Shown here piece after piece: positions 47,884 to 60,584 of a stretch of 64,000 bases of DNA. This DNA is from Escherichia coli (GTDB taxonomy: Bacteria; Pseudomonadota; Gammaproteobacteria; Enterobacterales; Enterobacteriaceae). The stretch is from assembly GCF_003018115.1 (NCBI RefSeq), contig NZ_CP027457.1, one strand, 5' to 3'. The translations under genes were made by a program, and so were the position numbers. Position 1 is the first letter of the stretch. Each line of letters begins with the position of its first letter. A model generated the notes under the pieces. The model ran no database searches and was not told the origin of the DNA. It saw only the letters and a program-made list of their open reading frames with translations.

Positions 47884-48394
47884 CGTGAGCCCTTTTATTT
47901 GAACTATTATTTAAAAATGATGTCACTGCACCACAAATATTCATCTAATCAATGAGATTATTTCAAGATGTAAGTTTTAGTTTCTCATTTAAATTGTGAA
48001 GTAGATCCCTATTTTTATCTGAACTGTTTCTATTGCACACAATGCATGACTATTTTGTGAACGAATATAAATTTGGTAGTCAAATTATATTAAAGGTTGT
48101 TATTTATGATTGACTCATAATTTATTTTTTTAATTTAAATAGCCTGAAAATAACTATAGAAATTATTTGTATGATATTTGTTTAGATTTATTAATGTAAT
48201 TTAGGTGGTTTTATTTAATACGCAATATAGCGCCGCTTGATATTAGTTCTATTTTTTTGCGTAAGATAGATGAGACAAAACTGAGACGCATAATGGTTTG
48301 CAAGGCTCTAATACTTTGATGTTGAGGATGTGATGGGGCATGTACGGGCATAGTACAATGATGTCCATGCAGGTGTAGATAATCTCCAGGCTTA

Positions 48395-49063
48395 TCAAAC
48401 AGGTTGAATTAACGCTGCGCCCTGGTTTTTAACATTACCCACCGCGCGCGATACCGGGTGCCAGGAGAACTGGTTTGCTGGAACACAGCCACTGGCCGCG
48501 ATTTCTGAGGCTTCTTTACCGCTAATCTCTTGCCGCATCCATTCCCGCGCAGCTTCTGGCGACAGTACCAGTGGGCGGCGGTCATGAATATCTACCAGAC
48601 CTTGATCTGCCGCAGCAGTGACGATCAAAAATCCTTCGGCTTCGTCACCACGCTCAAATGGTGTGCTACCTATCGCGGCCATAAAAATAGGTTGTCCATC
48701 AGCACGATAGATAAAAAAAGGCTGTTTTTTGTCGCCTTCTTTTTTCCACTCAAACCAGCCATCGGCAAAACAGATTGCCCGACCATGTTGCCAGAGCGGT
48801 TTAAACATGCGACTGGTTGCGGCAGTTTCTACGCGGGCGTTAATCAGCGGCGGTTTATCCCACCATCCCGGAGCATATCCCCAGAAAACCGGATCCAGAT
48901 GAAGGTGTTCATCACGTTCACTGAGCAGAAGAACTTTGGTTCCCGGCGCGACGTTGTATCTGCTAATGGGTTCGGGATCGTAGGGAATATCGCGTTCAAT
49001 ATCTTCCGCGAGAAGCGCAAGGTAATCTTCACGCGTTTGGGATTGGGCAAAGCGTCCACACAT
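48395..49063 (-). CDS. yedK: SOS-response-associated peptidase (abasic-site processing protein), 222 aa
   Basis: N-terminal MCGRF (catalytic Cys2) hallmark of the SRAP family. Confidence 0.85.
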   Translation of the reverse strand: MCGRFAQSQTREDYLALLAEDIERDIPYDPEPISRYNVAPGTKVLLLSERDEHLHLDPVFWGYAPGWWDKPPLINARVETAATSRMFKPLWQHGRAICFADGWFEWKKEGDKKQPFFIYRADGQPIFMAAIGSTPFERGDEAEGFLIVTAAADQGLVDIHDRRPLVLSPEAAREWMRQEISGKEASEIAASGCVPANQFSWHPVSRAVGNVKNQGAALIQPV

Positions 49064-49169
49064 AGAAACCTCCTGAGATCATACTGAAAAGAATAGGAGA
49101 GGGGGCGGGTAAAATCTATGTGTCAGAGGCAACGATGTTCCCGCTGTGGGCCACAGCGGGAATGAGGGA

Positions 49170-49403
49170 TTACTTCTGAATTAAATAACGAATGGTCGGC
49201 CCGTCTTGCTGAATATCCAGCACCGTATAGCCGTGATTACGCGCATCCAGTGGAATATTATTGATCGACTGCGGACAGTCGCTCACCACTTCCAGGATCT
49301 CACCTTTTTTTAATTGCGGCATCGCCTCAAGAGTTGCGACTGCCGGATAAGGGCAGGGTTCACCCACCATATCAAGGCGGTAATCAGGAACGATATTTTT
49401 CAT
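49170..49403 (-). CDS. yedF: TusA-like sulfurtransferase-fold protein (77 aa)
   Basis: CPxP motif (EPCPYP) typical of TusA-like proteins; overlaps the yedE stop. Confidence 0.85.
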   Translation of the reverse strand: MKNIVPDYRLDMVGEPCPYPAVATLEAMPQLKKGEILEVVSDCPQSINNIPLDARNHGYTVLDIQQDGPTIRYLIQK

Positions 49404-50605
49404 GCGATCTCCTTAGCAGTCTGCGGTGCCGCACGGCGGAAGAAGCGTTTTTCCCAGCCGATAATCAACATCAGCGCAGTAAACAACAGCAAATATGTCA
49501 CCAGCAGGCCACCCATCGGGCCAAAGGTTTTCAGCAGGTTTATTTTGTCCCAGTCGGTGGCCAGCGCTGGAGCGAAATCATCCCAGTAATACGCCAGAAT
49601 CGTTGAGCCGATCACATTGCCCAGACCGACCCACCAGTAGTGCACCTGGCCTTCTACCGCGCGGTACATCCAGCCGGTTTCGCAGCCGCCAGCCAGCACG
49701 ATGCCAAAACCAAACAGTAAACCACCAATTACCGCGTTTGGTCCCGCCCACATGATTTTGGGTTCAACGCCTAACTGTACGTAACTGAAGATCCCGATGG
49801 CACTCACCGCCATACCGATAATGATTGCTTTCGCCATATGAGTACGTCCGGTGATCCACATATCGCGGAACGCCGAAGTAAAGCAGATTTGCGCACGTTC
49901 AATCAGTAAACCAAAGCCGACGCCAAACAGCATTGCCAGCCCCAGTTTGGGTTGGTTCATCGCCGTGAGCAGCGCCCAGCCCAGCATGCCGAAAAAGACC
50001 AGCATCCCGAGACGAAAACGACGTCGCGCCTGATCCGGTTTTTGCGTCAGCGGTGAGGCGGCAGAAACTTTCTGCATTTTCACGGGAATACGGAAGATGG
50101 GCAGCAGGGTAAAGCGCGCGCCAAACCATGAACCAATGGCAGTGGCGATGGCAAAGAACCAGGCATGCAGCGAGAACTGAGGAATACCGGTAAAGAACGC
50201 CGCCAGGTTACAGCCCATTGCCAGACGCGCGCCAAAACCGGCGATAATGCCGCCAATGATGGCCTGCATAATGCGGATACGGCTGCGCGGCATTCGCAGT
50301 TTGACATTGTTGGCCCACAGCGCTGCGGCAAAGCAGCCGCCAAACATACCGAGGATCATCATCCCGTCGATGCGGGTTAATGGCGATCCTTCCAGATGGA
50401 TAATTTTAAAGTAACCCCACTCTTCAGCATGGACGCCGAACAGTTGCAGGAGCTGGCCGCCCCAACGGGTAAATTCACCCGTGACAGCCCAAAAGGTGCC
50501 AGTAATGCCAAAATAGTAAGTGGAGAGAATACCCGCCGCGATGACCGCGGGGATGGGCGCCCAGAATTTAATCAACCAGGCGTGTTTGAATTGCTGCCAT
50601 GACAT
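49400..50605 (-). CDS. yedE: YedE/YeeE-family inner-membrane transporter (401 aa)
   Basis: Polytopic membrane protein with duplicated YeeE/YedE domain; paired with yedF. Confidence 0.85.
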   Translation of the reverse strand: MSWQQFKHAWLIKFWAPIPAVIAAGILSTYYFGITGTFWAVTGEFTRWGGQLLQLFGVHAEEWGYFKIIHLEGSPLTRIDGMMILGMFGGCFAAALWANNVKLRMPRSRIRIMQAIIGGIIAGFGARLAMGCNLAAFFTGIPQFSLHAWFFAIATAIGSWFGARFTLLPIFRIPVKMQKVSAASPLTQKPDQARRRFRLGMLVFFGMLGWALLTAMNQPKLGLAMLFGVGFGLLIERAQICFTSAFRDMWITGRTHMAKAIIIGMAVSAIGIFSYVQLGVEPKIMWAGPNAVIGGLLFGFGIVLAGGCETGWMYRAVEGQVHYWWVGLGNVIGSTILAYYWDDFAPALATDWDKINLLKTFGPMGGLLVTYLLLFTALMLIIGWEKRFFRRAAPQTAKEIA

Positions 50606-50791
50606 GAATGTAGCCTCTGAACTCAGAAGGTTTGAAACAAGAGTCGCGAATCATACACCATGCAAATTTATTTTCGGGGTAATAATTCACAAAAATAATA
50701 GTTAGATCAAATTTCTCTCTGAACCTGGAAAGGCTGGCGACATCAGGGCTTTAATGCCACAATCCTCTTTTCTTCTCATGCAGGACGAATG

Positions 50792-51205
50792 ATGAAAAAA
50801 CTCGCAATTGCAGGCGCGCTCATGTTGCTGGCGGGCTGTGCCGAAGTCGAAAACTATAACAATGTCGTGAAAACCCCCGCGCCGGACTGGCTGGCGGGCT
50901 ACTGGCAGACCAAAGGGCCGCAACGTGCGCTGGTCAGCCCGGAAGCGATAGGCAGCCTGATTGTCACTAAAGAGGGCGATACCCTGGATTGCCGTCAGTG
51001 GCAGCGGGTGATTGCTGTGCCGGGCAAGTTGACATTGATGTCTGATGATCTCACTAACGTTACCGTAAAACGTGAGCTGTACGAGGTTGAGCGTGACGGT
51101 AACACCATTGAGTACGATGGTATGACGATGGAGCGTGTGGATCGCCCGACAGCAGAGTGTGCCGCCGCGCTGGATAAAGCGCCGTTACCGACGCCACTGC
51201 CGTAA
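50792..51205 (+). CDS. yedD: Lipoprotein YedD (~137 aa)
   Basis: Lipobox LLAGC near the N-terminus; start could be 50789 or 50792. Confidence 0.75.
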   Translation: MKKLAIAGALMLLAGCAEVENYNNVVKTPAPDWLAGYWQTKGPQRALVSPEAIGSLIVTKEGDTLDCRQWQRVIAVPGKLTLMSDDLTNVTVKRELYEVERDGNTIEYDGMTMERVDRPTAECAAALDKAPLPTPLP

Positions 51206-51238
51206 TGAAATCTCCCCGGCTTGCTGCCGGGGATGAAT

Positions 51239-52726
51239 TTAAATCACCTCTTCGATAACCCACACGCTAACGCTGCCGCCGTTGCAAAAGAAGGTCGCTT
51301 CGCCGTTTTCGTCGGTTACTACACTCTCTTGCCGGTTCCCAAGAAAATCACGCCAGGTTTTATTGCCGTAATTCTCTCCCAGATGAATGGTTTTTTCGCC
51401 ATCATCCCCGTTCGACATGACCACCACGCAGCCGGGATATTCGTCAGTGCCACTGCGGCTAAAGGCAATGCAGTTCGGATGGTCGAAAAATAACGTCTGT
51501 ACACCGTGGGCGAAACGCTGACGGGCGAGAATTAACTCATCAAGCTGTTCGATTATTGGCATATCTATCGGATAGGTTTGCCCGTCACCACCGACATCTT
51601 CGTAATGCGCACCGTAGAGGTCCGGATAGAATACCGAAGGAACGCCATTTTCCCGCAACAAAATTAAGGCGTACGCCAGCGGTTTAAACCACGGTTCGAC
51701 CGGCGCTTCGAGGGCTTGCAACGGTTGGGTGTCATGGTTGGCAACGAGGGTTACGGCGTGAAAAGGATCGGCTTCCACCAGCGTCCCAGTGAAAATCTGC
51801 GTCATGTCGTAGTCGCGTCCCATGCGCGATGCTTCATGGAATTTCATCTGCAGCGGTGCATCGAACAGCATGGTTTTGCCTTCCACCTGATCAATATACG
51901 TTTGCAGTTTATCAACTTCATGCGACCAGTACTCCGCCACAATAAACAGCGGCTTTGGCGCAACTTCCTGTACGTGTTCGATCCACTCTTTATAAAACCA
52001 GGCTGGAATATGTTTGACCGCATCAAGACGAAAACCGTCGCATTGCGTTTGTTCCATCACCCAGCGCGCCCAGTATTTAATCTCTTCCGTCACGGCATGA
52101 TTGCGAAAATCGATATTCTCGCCCATCAGATAATCGAAATTACCTAATTCATCATCAACCTGATCGTTCCAGCCTTCGCCGGTGTAGTCGTTAACAATTT
52201 TAAATATGCCATCTTCATCAGGGTTTTCGATATGGTCGATACCGCTAAAACATTTGAAATCCCAGATAAACTGTGAGTATTGCCCGGCACGGGCGGGGAA
52301 GGTGTAACGCGTCCAGCCTTCGCACTCAATGATTTCTTCATCAATTTGCGTACGGTCGTCAGCATTTACACGCTGCACGCGAATAGCTTCTTTTTCATCC
52401 GCGCCCATTTTGTGGTTGACTACCACGTCCAACAGCACCGCAATGTCATTACGTTTCAGGGCGTCAATGGCGGCCAGCAGTTGTACTTTATCGCCATATT
52501 TAGTAGGGATGCTGCCTTTCTGATCAAACTCACCTAAATCAAATAAATCATAGGAGTCGTAGCCGACCGAATACCCGCCCGATGCGCCTTTATAGGCGGG
52601 CGGCAACCAGACCATATTGATACCAATATCATTAAAACCGTCGGCGCGCTCGGCCAGTTCAGGCCAGAGCTTACCGCCTTCCGGGTAATACCAGTGAAAA
52701 CATTGTAACAGCGTGGGATTACGCAT
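51239..52726 (-). CDS. amyA: Cytoplasmic alpha-amylase (495 aa)
   Basis: GH13 motifs ([15 protein letters not shown]) and no signal peptide. Confidence 0.9.
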   Translation of the reverse strand: MRNPTLLQCFHWYYPEGGKLWPELAERADGFNDIGINMVWLPPAYKGASGGYSVGYDSYDLFDLGEFDQKGSIPTKYGDKVQLLAAIDALKRNDIAVLLDVVVNHKMGADEKEAIRVQRVNADDRTQIDEEIIECEGWTRYTFPARAGQYSQFIWDFKCFSGIDHIENPDEDGIFKIVNDYTGEGWNDQVDDELGNFDYLMGENIDFRNHAVTEEIKYWARWVMEQTQCDGFRLDAVKHIPAWFYKEWIEHVQEVAPKPLFIVAEYWSHEVDKLQTYIDQVEGKTMLFDAPLQMKFHEASRMGRDYDMTQIFTGTLVEADPFHAVTLVANHDTQPLQALEAPVEPWFKPLAYALILLRENGVPSVFYPDLYGAHYEDVGGDGQTYPIDMPIIEQLDELILARQRFAHGVQTLFFDHPNCIAFSRSGTDEYPGCVVVMSNGDDGEKTIHLGENYGNKTWRDFLGNRQESVVTDENGEATFFCNGGSVSVWVIEEVI

Positions 52727-52803
52727 TCTTCGACTCCATTCAAGGGGAACATTAGAAGCGTAGCCGTAATCGGATTATTCGCGAGCCATCGACTCATTCA
52801 GAT

Positions 52804-53169
52804 TCAAAAGAGGTTATCCTGCGGAGCCAGCACAAAGCCGCCCTGATCGCCATAGGCACTTAACACCGATTTTTGCACCGATGACTGACCGACCAGTTTC
52901 GCCAGTTCATCCATCCGAATCTGTAATAACTGCTTTACCTTGCTTTCGTTGTCGAGAATCAGGCGCAGCATCGGGCGGAGCTGCTCCTGCATCGTGGTGG
53001 ACGGCTCAACCTCTTCAGTCAGGTGTGCAATTTCCTGCACCGCATTCACATACGCCATTTCGCTGGCGATGAGTTCGTCCCACTGTTCTTCTGTTGCCAG
53101 GCGTAACATGAGCTGGCTTTTTTCGACGAGTTGTTGCCAGGCGAAATACAAATGCGGTGCATTGTTCAT
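52804..53169 (-). CDS. fliT: Flagellar chaperone for FliD / anti-FlhDC factor (121 aa)
   Basis: Last gene of fliDST; sequence [22 protein letters not shown]... Confidence 0.85.
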   Translation of the reverse strand: MNNAPHLYFAWQQLVEKSQLMLRLATEEQWDELIASEMAYVNAVQEIAHLTEEVEPSTTMQEQLRPMLRLILDNESKVKQLLQIRMDELAKLVGQSSVQKSVLSAYGDQGGFVLAPQDNLF

Positions 53170-53579
53170 CAGACTGGGTCCTGAATCAAAGAAGGGGAGA
53201 GTAAAGACTCTTTCCAGGCATCGGCAATATTACGCATTAATGCTTCCACCTCTTCGACTGCGGAGACATCGTTGCGTAAATTGGCTTGCAGCAAGCGCCT
53301 GACCATATAGCTATAAAGAGCAATCAAGTTTTGGGTTAATTCGTCTTTGCTATCTTCATCAAGACTCACCCGCAGTCCGTTCTCAATGATGTTGATCGCT
53401 TTTGACAAAGAGACGCCTTTGCCTTGCTGATTGTTGTCCTGCATAAACAGGCGCGCTCTAACCAGTGCACTCAGCACTCCATCAAATAGCATGGTGACCA
53501 GCTGCTGCTGGCTGGCGCTCATTACGGCGCTTTCGACGCCAATTTGTGCATAGGCCTGGGTGCCTTTTGCCGCGTACAT
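53169..53579 (-). CDS. fliS: Flagellin-specific chaperone FliS (136 aa)
   Basis: Full-length match to FliS; overlaps the fliT start. Confidence 0.9.
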   Translation of the reverse strand: MYAAKGTQAYAQIGVESAVMSASQQQLVTMLFDGVLSALVRARLFMQDNNQQGKGVSLSKAINIIENGLRVSLDEDSKDELTQNLIALYSYMVRRLLQANLRNDVSAVEEVEALMRNIADAWKESLLSPSLIQDPV

Positions 53580-53603
53580 GACCTGTCTCCCGATGAATAT
53601 TGA

Positions 53604-55010
53604 TTACTTGGAATTACTGTTGTTTTCGAACTGCTGCGTTAAGTAGCTGCTTGTGCTGTTTAACGAGGTCATTAAAACGTCCAGTTGGGTAAATTGTTCT
53701 TTGTAGCGCGCGACCTGCGCATCAATGCGATCGCTGGCGGCGTTGTAGTCTTTAGTTAATTTATTCAGGGTCTTACTAACGCCATCGGTAGCGGCTTTAA
53801 TAATGCCCGTTGTCGAAAGCCAACTGGTCAGGTTGCTGCCGATGGTGGTTGTGATGCCGGTTTTTTTACCATCGCCAACAATCAATGCACCTACGCCGCT
53901 GGCATCTTTTTTCAGTGCAGCGGTGAGTTTGTCGGCATCCAGTTCCAGTTTGCCATCGCTGGGATCGGTCGTGATACCAATCTGCGCCAACGTTTTATAG
54001 TTGGAAGAACTAACGGTATTACTCAGCATCGACTTCAACTGCGTCTGAATCGTCCGCAGCGTGGAGTCGCCGAGCAGTGCGCCATTGCTAGAGCTCTGGC
54101 TATCAGCTCCCGCATCTACGGCGGTGTATTTGGTCAGGCTGCTGAAGGTATCTATTAGCGAGTTATAGGCATTCACCCAGTCTTTAATCGCCGTTTGCGC
54201 TTTGGAGGTGTCCTGAGTGATGGTCAGCGTCTGGTTGCCCGTGGTGACATCGTTCAGGTTCAGGGTGATGTTTTCCAGCGCGTCGCTGATAGTGTTGCTG
54301 CTGTTCTCGATGGCGACGTTGTTGACTGTCAGCTGCGCATTCTGGGCGGCGACCGAGACCTCCATGCCGTTGCTGCTGGCACTGGCGTCATAGCCCATAA
54401 AACTTTGTAGCGCATCATCACCGCTGACCGAGAGTGTCATCGCATTATCAAGGCCGGTGTCATTTGATGTGACTGACAGACGATATTCACCGTTACCCAC
54501 GTTAATGATGCTCGCACTTACGCCCGCTTTTGCGTTGTTGATGGCATCACGGATCCCGCTTAACGACGAGTTAGCCGCGCTGATATCAATGGTAATCGGA
54601 TCTTTGTCGCCGCCTTGTTGAATGGTGAGTTTACTGTCGCTGGTGGCGATCGCCGTTTTCGTATCATCTCTGGTGGTGCGCGTGGTCAGGGTTTGCGCCT
54701 GCGCCAGATGGGTGACGCTGATGGTGTATTTCCCGGCGATGGCGTTACCCGCGGTGGTGGCACTGAACGCGGTGGTGCTGCTGGTAGTGCTGGTGGCGGA
54801 AAAAAGATCGGCTTTAGACAATGCAGTATTGGCGGTCTGGAAAGTCGTCAACGCGCTTTTCAGCGTACCGTAGGCGCTAAGTTTAGCGGTAAACGACGAT
54901 TGCTGATTTGAAATAGGGGTTAGCGTCGCTTTTTGCGCGGCGGTGAGGCTATCAAGGATTGAACTTAAATCCAGGCCTGACCCGACTCCCAGCGATGAAA
55001 TACTTGCCAT
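53604..55010 (-). CDS. fliD: Flagellar filament cap protein FliD (468 aa)
   Basis: N-terminus MASISSLGVGSGLDLSSILDSLTAAQK... Confidence 0.9.
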   Translation of the reverse strand: MASISSLGVGSGLDLSSILDSLTAAQKATLTPISNQQSSFTAKLSAYGTLKSALTTFQTANTALSKADLFSATSTTSSTTAFSATTAGNAIAGKYTISVTHLAQAQTLTTRTTRDDTKTAIATSDSKLTIQQGGDKDPITIDISAANSSLSGIRDAINNAKAGVSASIINVGNGEYRLSVTSNDTGLDNAMTLSVSGDDALQSFMGYDASASSNGMEVSVAAQNAQLTVNNVAIENSSNTISDALENITLNLNDVTTGNQTLTITQDTSKAQTAIKDWVNAYNSLIDTFSSLTKYTAVDAGADSQSSSNGALLGDSTLRTIQTQLKSMLSNTVSSSNYKTLAQIGITTDPSDGKLELDADKLTAALKKDASGVGALIVGDGKKTGITTTIGSNLTSWLSTTGIIKAATDGVSKTLNKLTKDYNAASDRIDAQVARYKEQFTQLDVLMTSLNSTSSYLTQQFENNSNSK

Positions 55011-55053
55011 GCGATTTCCTTTTATCTTTCGACACGTAAAACGAATACCGGGG

Positions 55054-55080
55054 TTATCGGCCTGAATTGCGCAAAGTTTA
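55054..55080 (-). promoter_or_regulatory. Sigma-28 (FliA) class III promoter of fliDST
   Basis: Minus-strand sequence TAAACTTTGCGCAATTCAGGCCGATAA matches the sigma-28 consensus TAAAGTTT-N11-GCCGATAA, about 45 bp upstream of the fliD start. Confidence 0.6.
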
Positions 55081-55172
55081 CGTTTAATTGTTTTTTTTAA
55101 TAGCGGGAATAAGGGGCAGAGAAAAGAGTATTTCGGCGACTAACAAAAAATGGTTGTTTGTGAAAAAAATTC

Positions 55173-55199
55173 TAAAGGTTGTTTTACGACAGACGATAA
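55173..55199 (+). promoter_or_regulatory. Sigma-28 (FliA) class III promoter of fliC
   Basis: TAAAGGTTGTTTTACGACAGACGATAA, a near match to the sigma-28 consensus, about 75 bp upstream of the fliC ATG. Confidence 0.55.
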
Positions 55200-55275
55200 C
55201 AGGGTTGACGGCGATTGAGCCGACGGGTGGAAACCCAATACGTAATCAACGACTTGCAATATAGGATAACGAATC

Positions 55276-56955
55276 ATGGCACAAGTCATTAATACCAACA
55301 GCCTCTCGCTGATCACTCAAAATAATATCAACAAGAACCAGTCTGCGCTGTCGAGTTCTATCGAGCGTCTGTCTTCTGGCTTGCGTATCAACAGCGCGAA
55401 GGATGACGCCGCGGGTCAGGCGATTGCTAACCGTTTTACTTCTAACATTAAAGGCCTGACTCAGGCTGCACGTAACGCCAACGACGGTATTTCTGTTGCG
55501 CAGACCACCGAAGGCGCGCTGTCCGAAATCAACAACAACTTACAGCGTATCCGTGAACTGACGGTTCAGGCTTCTACCGGGACTAACTCTGATTCGGATC
55601 TGGACTCCATTCAGGACGAAATCAAATCCCGTCTGGACGAAATTGACCGCGTATCCGGTCAAACCCAGTTCAACGGTGTGAACGTACTGGCGAAAGACGG
55701 TTCGATGAAAATTCAGGTTGGTGCGAATGACGGCCAGACTATCACTATTGATCTGAAGAAAATTGACTCTGATACTCTGGGTTTGAGTGGATTTAATGTG
55801 AATGGCAAAGGGGCTGTGGCTAACGCAAAAGCGACCGAAGCAGATTTAACGGGGGCTGGTTTCTCTCAAGGAGCGGTGGATACAAACGGAAATAGTACTT
55901 GGACAAAATCAACCACCACCAATTACTCAGCTGCAACAACTGCTGACTTGTTATCGACCATTAAGGATGGCTCTACTGTTACATATGCAGGGACAGACAC
56001 CGGATTGGGGGTCGCAGCAGCAGGAAATTATACTTATGATGCGAACAGTAAATCTTATTCCTTCAATGCCAATGGTCTGACGGGCGCAAATACCGCAACT
56101 GCACTCAAAGGTTACTTGGGGACAGGTGCTAACACCGCTAAAATTTCTATCGGTGGTACAGAGCAGGAAGTGAATATTGCCAAAGATGGCACTATTACAG
56201 ATACGAATGGTGATGCGCTCTATCTGGATATTACCGGCAACCTGACTAAGAACTATGCGGGTTCACCACCTGCAGCAACGCTGGATAACGTATTAGCTTC
56301 CGCAACTGTAAATGCCACTATCAAGTTTGATAGCGGTATGACGGTTGATTATACTGCAGGTACTGGCGCGAATATTACAGGTGCATCCATTTCTGCAGAT
56401 GACATGGCCGCAAAACTGAGCGGAAAGGCGTACACTGTTGCCAATGGTGCTGAGTCTTATGACGTTGCTGCAGTTACGGGGGCTGTAACAACTACAGCAG
56501 GTAATTCACCTGTGTATGCCGATGCAGACGGTAAATTAACGACGAGTGCCAGTAATACGGTTACTCAGACTTATCACGAGTTTGCTAATGGTAACATTTA
56601 TGATGACAAAGGCTCGTCACTGTATAAAGCTGCAGATGGCTCTCTGACTTCTGAAGCTAAAGGGAAATCTGAAGCAACCGCCGATCCCCTGAAAGCTCTG
56701 GACGAAGCGATCAGCTCCATCGACAAATTCCGCTCCTCCCTCGGTGCGGTGCAGAACCGTCTGGATTCCGCAGTCACCAACCTGAACAACACCACTACCA
56801 ACCTGTCCGAAGCGCAGTCCCGTATTCAGGACGCCGACTATGCGACCGAAGTGTCCAATATGTCGAAAGCGCAGATCATTCAGCAGGCCGGTAACTCCGT
56901 GCTGGCAAAAGCTAACCAGGTACCGCAGCAGGTTCTGTCTCTGCTGCAGGGTTAA
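55276..56955 (+). CDS. fliC: Flagellin (H antigen), 559 aa, with a long central variable domain
   Basis: Conserved N-terminus ([54 protein letters not shown]) and C-terminus (...[12 protein letters not shown]); the Thr/Gly/Ala-rich middle is allele-specific. Confidence 0.9.
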   Translation: MAQVINTNSLSLITQNNINKNQSALSSSIERLSSGLRINSAKDDAAGQAIANRFTSNIKGLTQAARNANDGISVAQTTEGALSEINNNLQRIRELTVQASTGTNSDSDLDSIQDEIKSRLDEIDRVSGQTQFNGVNVLAKDGSMKIQVGANDGQTITIDLKKIDSDTLGLSGFNVNGKGAVANAKATEADLTGAGFSQGAVDTNGNSTWTKSTTTNYSAATTADLLSTIKDGSTVTYAGTDTGLGVAAAGNYTYDANSKSYSFNANGLTGANTATALKGYLGTGANTAKISIGGTEQEVNIAKDGTITDTNGDALYLDITGNLTKNYAGSPPAATLDNVLASATVNATIKFDSGMTVDYTAGTGANITGASISADDMAAKLSGKAYTVANGAESYDVAAVTGAVTTTAGNSPVYADADGKLTTSASNTVTQTYHEFANGNIYDDKGSSLYKAADGSLTSEAKGKSEATADPLKALDEAISSIDKFRSSLGAVQNRLDSAVTNLNNTTTNLSEAQSRIQDADYATEVSNMSKAQIIQQAGNSVLAKANQVPQQVLSLLQG

Positions 56956-56994
56956 TCGTCGTAAACTGATTAACTGAGACTGACGGCAACGCCA

Positions 56995-57100
<106 letters not shown>

Positions 57101-57128
57101 ATAAAGCGCAATTTGTCAGCAACGTGCT

Positions 57129-57153
57129 TCCCCGCCACCGGCGGGGTTTTTTC
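57129..57153 (+). terminator. Rho-independent terminator downstream of fliC
   Basis: CCCCGCCACCGGCGGGG hairpin followed by TTTTTT. Confidence 0.6.
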
Positions 57154-57274
57154 TGCCTGGAATTTACCTGTAACCCCCAAATAACCCCTCATTTCACCCA
57201 CTAATCGTCCGATTAAAAACCCTGCAGAAACGGATAATCATGCCGATAACTCATATAACGCAGGGCTGTTTATC

Positions 57275-57994
57275 GTGAATTCACTCTATACCGCTGAAGG
57301 TGTAATGGATAAACACTCGCTGTGGCAGCGTTATGTCCCGCTGGTGCGTCACGAAGCATTGCGCCTGCAGGTTCGACTGCCCGCGAGCGTGGAACTTGAC
57401 GATCTGCTACAGGCGGGCGGCATTGGGTTACTTAATGCCGTCGAACGCTATGACGCCCTACAAGGAACGGCATTTACAACTTACGCAGTGCAGCGTATCC
57501 GTGGCGCTATGCTGGATGAACTTCGCAGCCGTGACTGGGTGCCGCGCAGCGTGCGTCGCAACGCGCGTGAAGTGGCACAGGCAATAGGGCAACTGGAGCA
57601 GGAACTTGGCCGCAACGCCACGGAAACTGAGGTAGCGGAACGTTTAGGGATAGATATTGCCGATTATCGCCAAATGTTGCTCGACACCAATAACAGCCAG
57701 CTCTTCTCCTACGATGAGTGGCGCGAAGAGCACGGCGATAGCATCGAACTGGTTACTGATGATCATCAGCGAGAAAACCCGCTACAACAACTGCTGGACA
57801 GTAATTTGCGCCAGCGGGTGATGGAAGCCATCGAAACGTTGCCGGAGCGCGAAAAACTGGTATTAACCCTCTATTACCAGGAAGAGCTGAATCTCAAAGA
57901 GATTGGTGCAGTGCTGGAGGTCGGGGAATCGCGGGTCAGTCAGTTACACAGCCAGGCTATTAAACGGTTACGCACTAAACTGGGTAAGTTATAA
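57275..57994 (+). CDS. fliA: Flagellar sigma factor sigma-28 (239 aa)
   Basis: GTG start; sigma-70-family regions 2 to 4; N-terminus MNSLYTAEGVMDKHSLWQRYVPLV... Confidence 0.9.
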   Translation: MNSLYTAEGVMDKHSLWQRYVPLVRHEALRLQVRLPASVELDDLLQAGGIGLLNAVERYDALQGTAFTTYAVQRIRGAMLDELRSRDWVPRSVRRNAREVAQAIGQLEQELGRNATETEVAERLGIDIADYRQMLLDTNNSQLFSYDEWREEHGDSIELVTDDHQRENPLQQLLDSNLRQRVMEAIETLPEREKLVLTLYYQEELNLKEIGAVLEVGESRVSQLHSQAIKRLRTKLGKL

Positions 57995-58039
57995 CGTCAG
58001 TAAATGCCGCACTTTAACTTTGACTACCAGGAGTTCTTA

Positions 58040-58591
58040 ATGATGGTGCAGCACCTGAAAAGACGGCCATTAAGCCGCTATCTTAAAGACTTTAAACACA
58101 GCCAGACCCATTGCGCGCATTGCCGTAAATTACTCGATCGCATTACCTTAGTTCGCGACGGCAAAATAGTGAATAAAATCGAGATTTCCCGCCTGGACAC
58201 GCTGCTTGATGAAAATGGCTGGCAAACGGAACAAAAATCATGGGCGGCATTGTGCCGATTTTGCGGTGATTTACACTGCAAAACGCAGAGTGATTTTTTC
58301 GATATTATCGGCTTTAAGCAATTTCTTTTTGAGCAAACTGAAATGAGCCCTGGTACGGTGCGTGAATATGTCGTTCGTTTGCGCCGTTTGGGGAATCATC
58401 TACACGAGCAAAATATTTCCCTCGATCAGCTGCAGGACGGTTTCCTTGATGAAATCCTCGCCCCGTGGCTGCCTACCACCAGCACCAACAATTACCGCAT
58501 TGCGTTACGGAAGTATCAACACTATCAGCGTCAAACGTGTACCGGACTTGTGCAGAAATCCTCCAGCCAGCCTGCTTCTGATATATATTAA
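58040..58591 (+). CDS. fliZ: FliZ regulator (183 aa)
   Basis: N-terminus MMVQHLKRRPLSRYLKDFKHSQTHCAHC... after trimming the track extension; immediately downstream of fliA. Confidence 0.85.
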   Translation: MMVQHLKRRPLSRYLKDFKHSQTHCAHCRKLLDRITLVRDGKIVNKIEISRLDTLLDENGWQTEQKSWAALCRFCGDLHCKTQSDFFDIIGFKQFLFEQTEMSPGTVREYVVRLRRLGNHLHEQNISLDQLQDGFLDEILAPWLPTTSTNNYRIALRKYQHYQRQTCTGLVQKSSSQPASDIY

Positions 58592-58678
58592 ATAAGAATA
58601 AGATGTAGCGGAGTTGTTTTTGTGTTTACAAACAATGGCTCTACACTGCAAACAGACATAACAACATTCGGGGTGAAT

Positions 58679-60570
<1,892 letters not shown>

Positions 60571-60584
60571 CTCCGGAAACGCTC

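Noticed and set aside
44107-48394. Possibility that the fliE-yedK insert is an intact prophage or integrative element
   Set aside because: No integrase, excisionase, structural or lysis genes and no tRNA attachment site; only four cargo-type genes are present. It is treated as an islet or moron cluster, not a prophage.
54195-54911. Plus-strand ORFs of 71-98 aa inside fliD
   Set aside because: Antisense to fliD; Gly/Arg/Val-rich artefactual translations.
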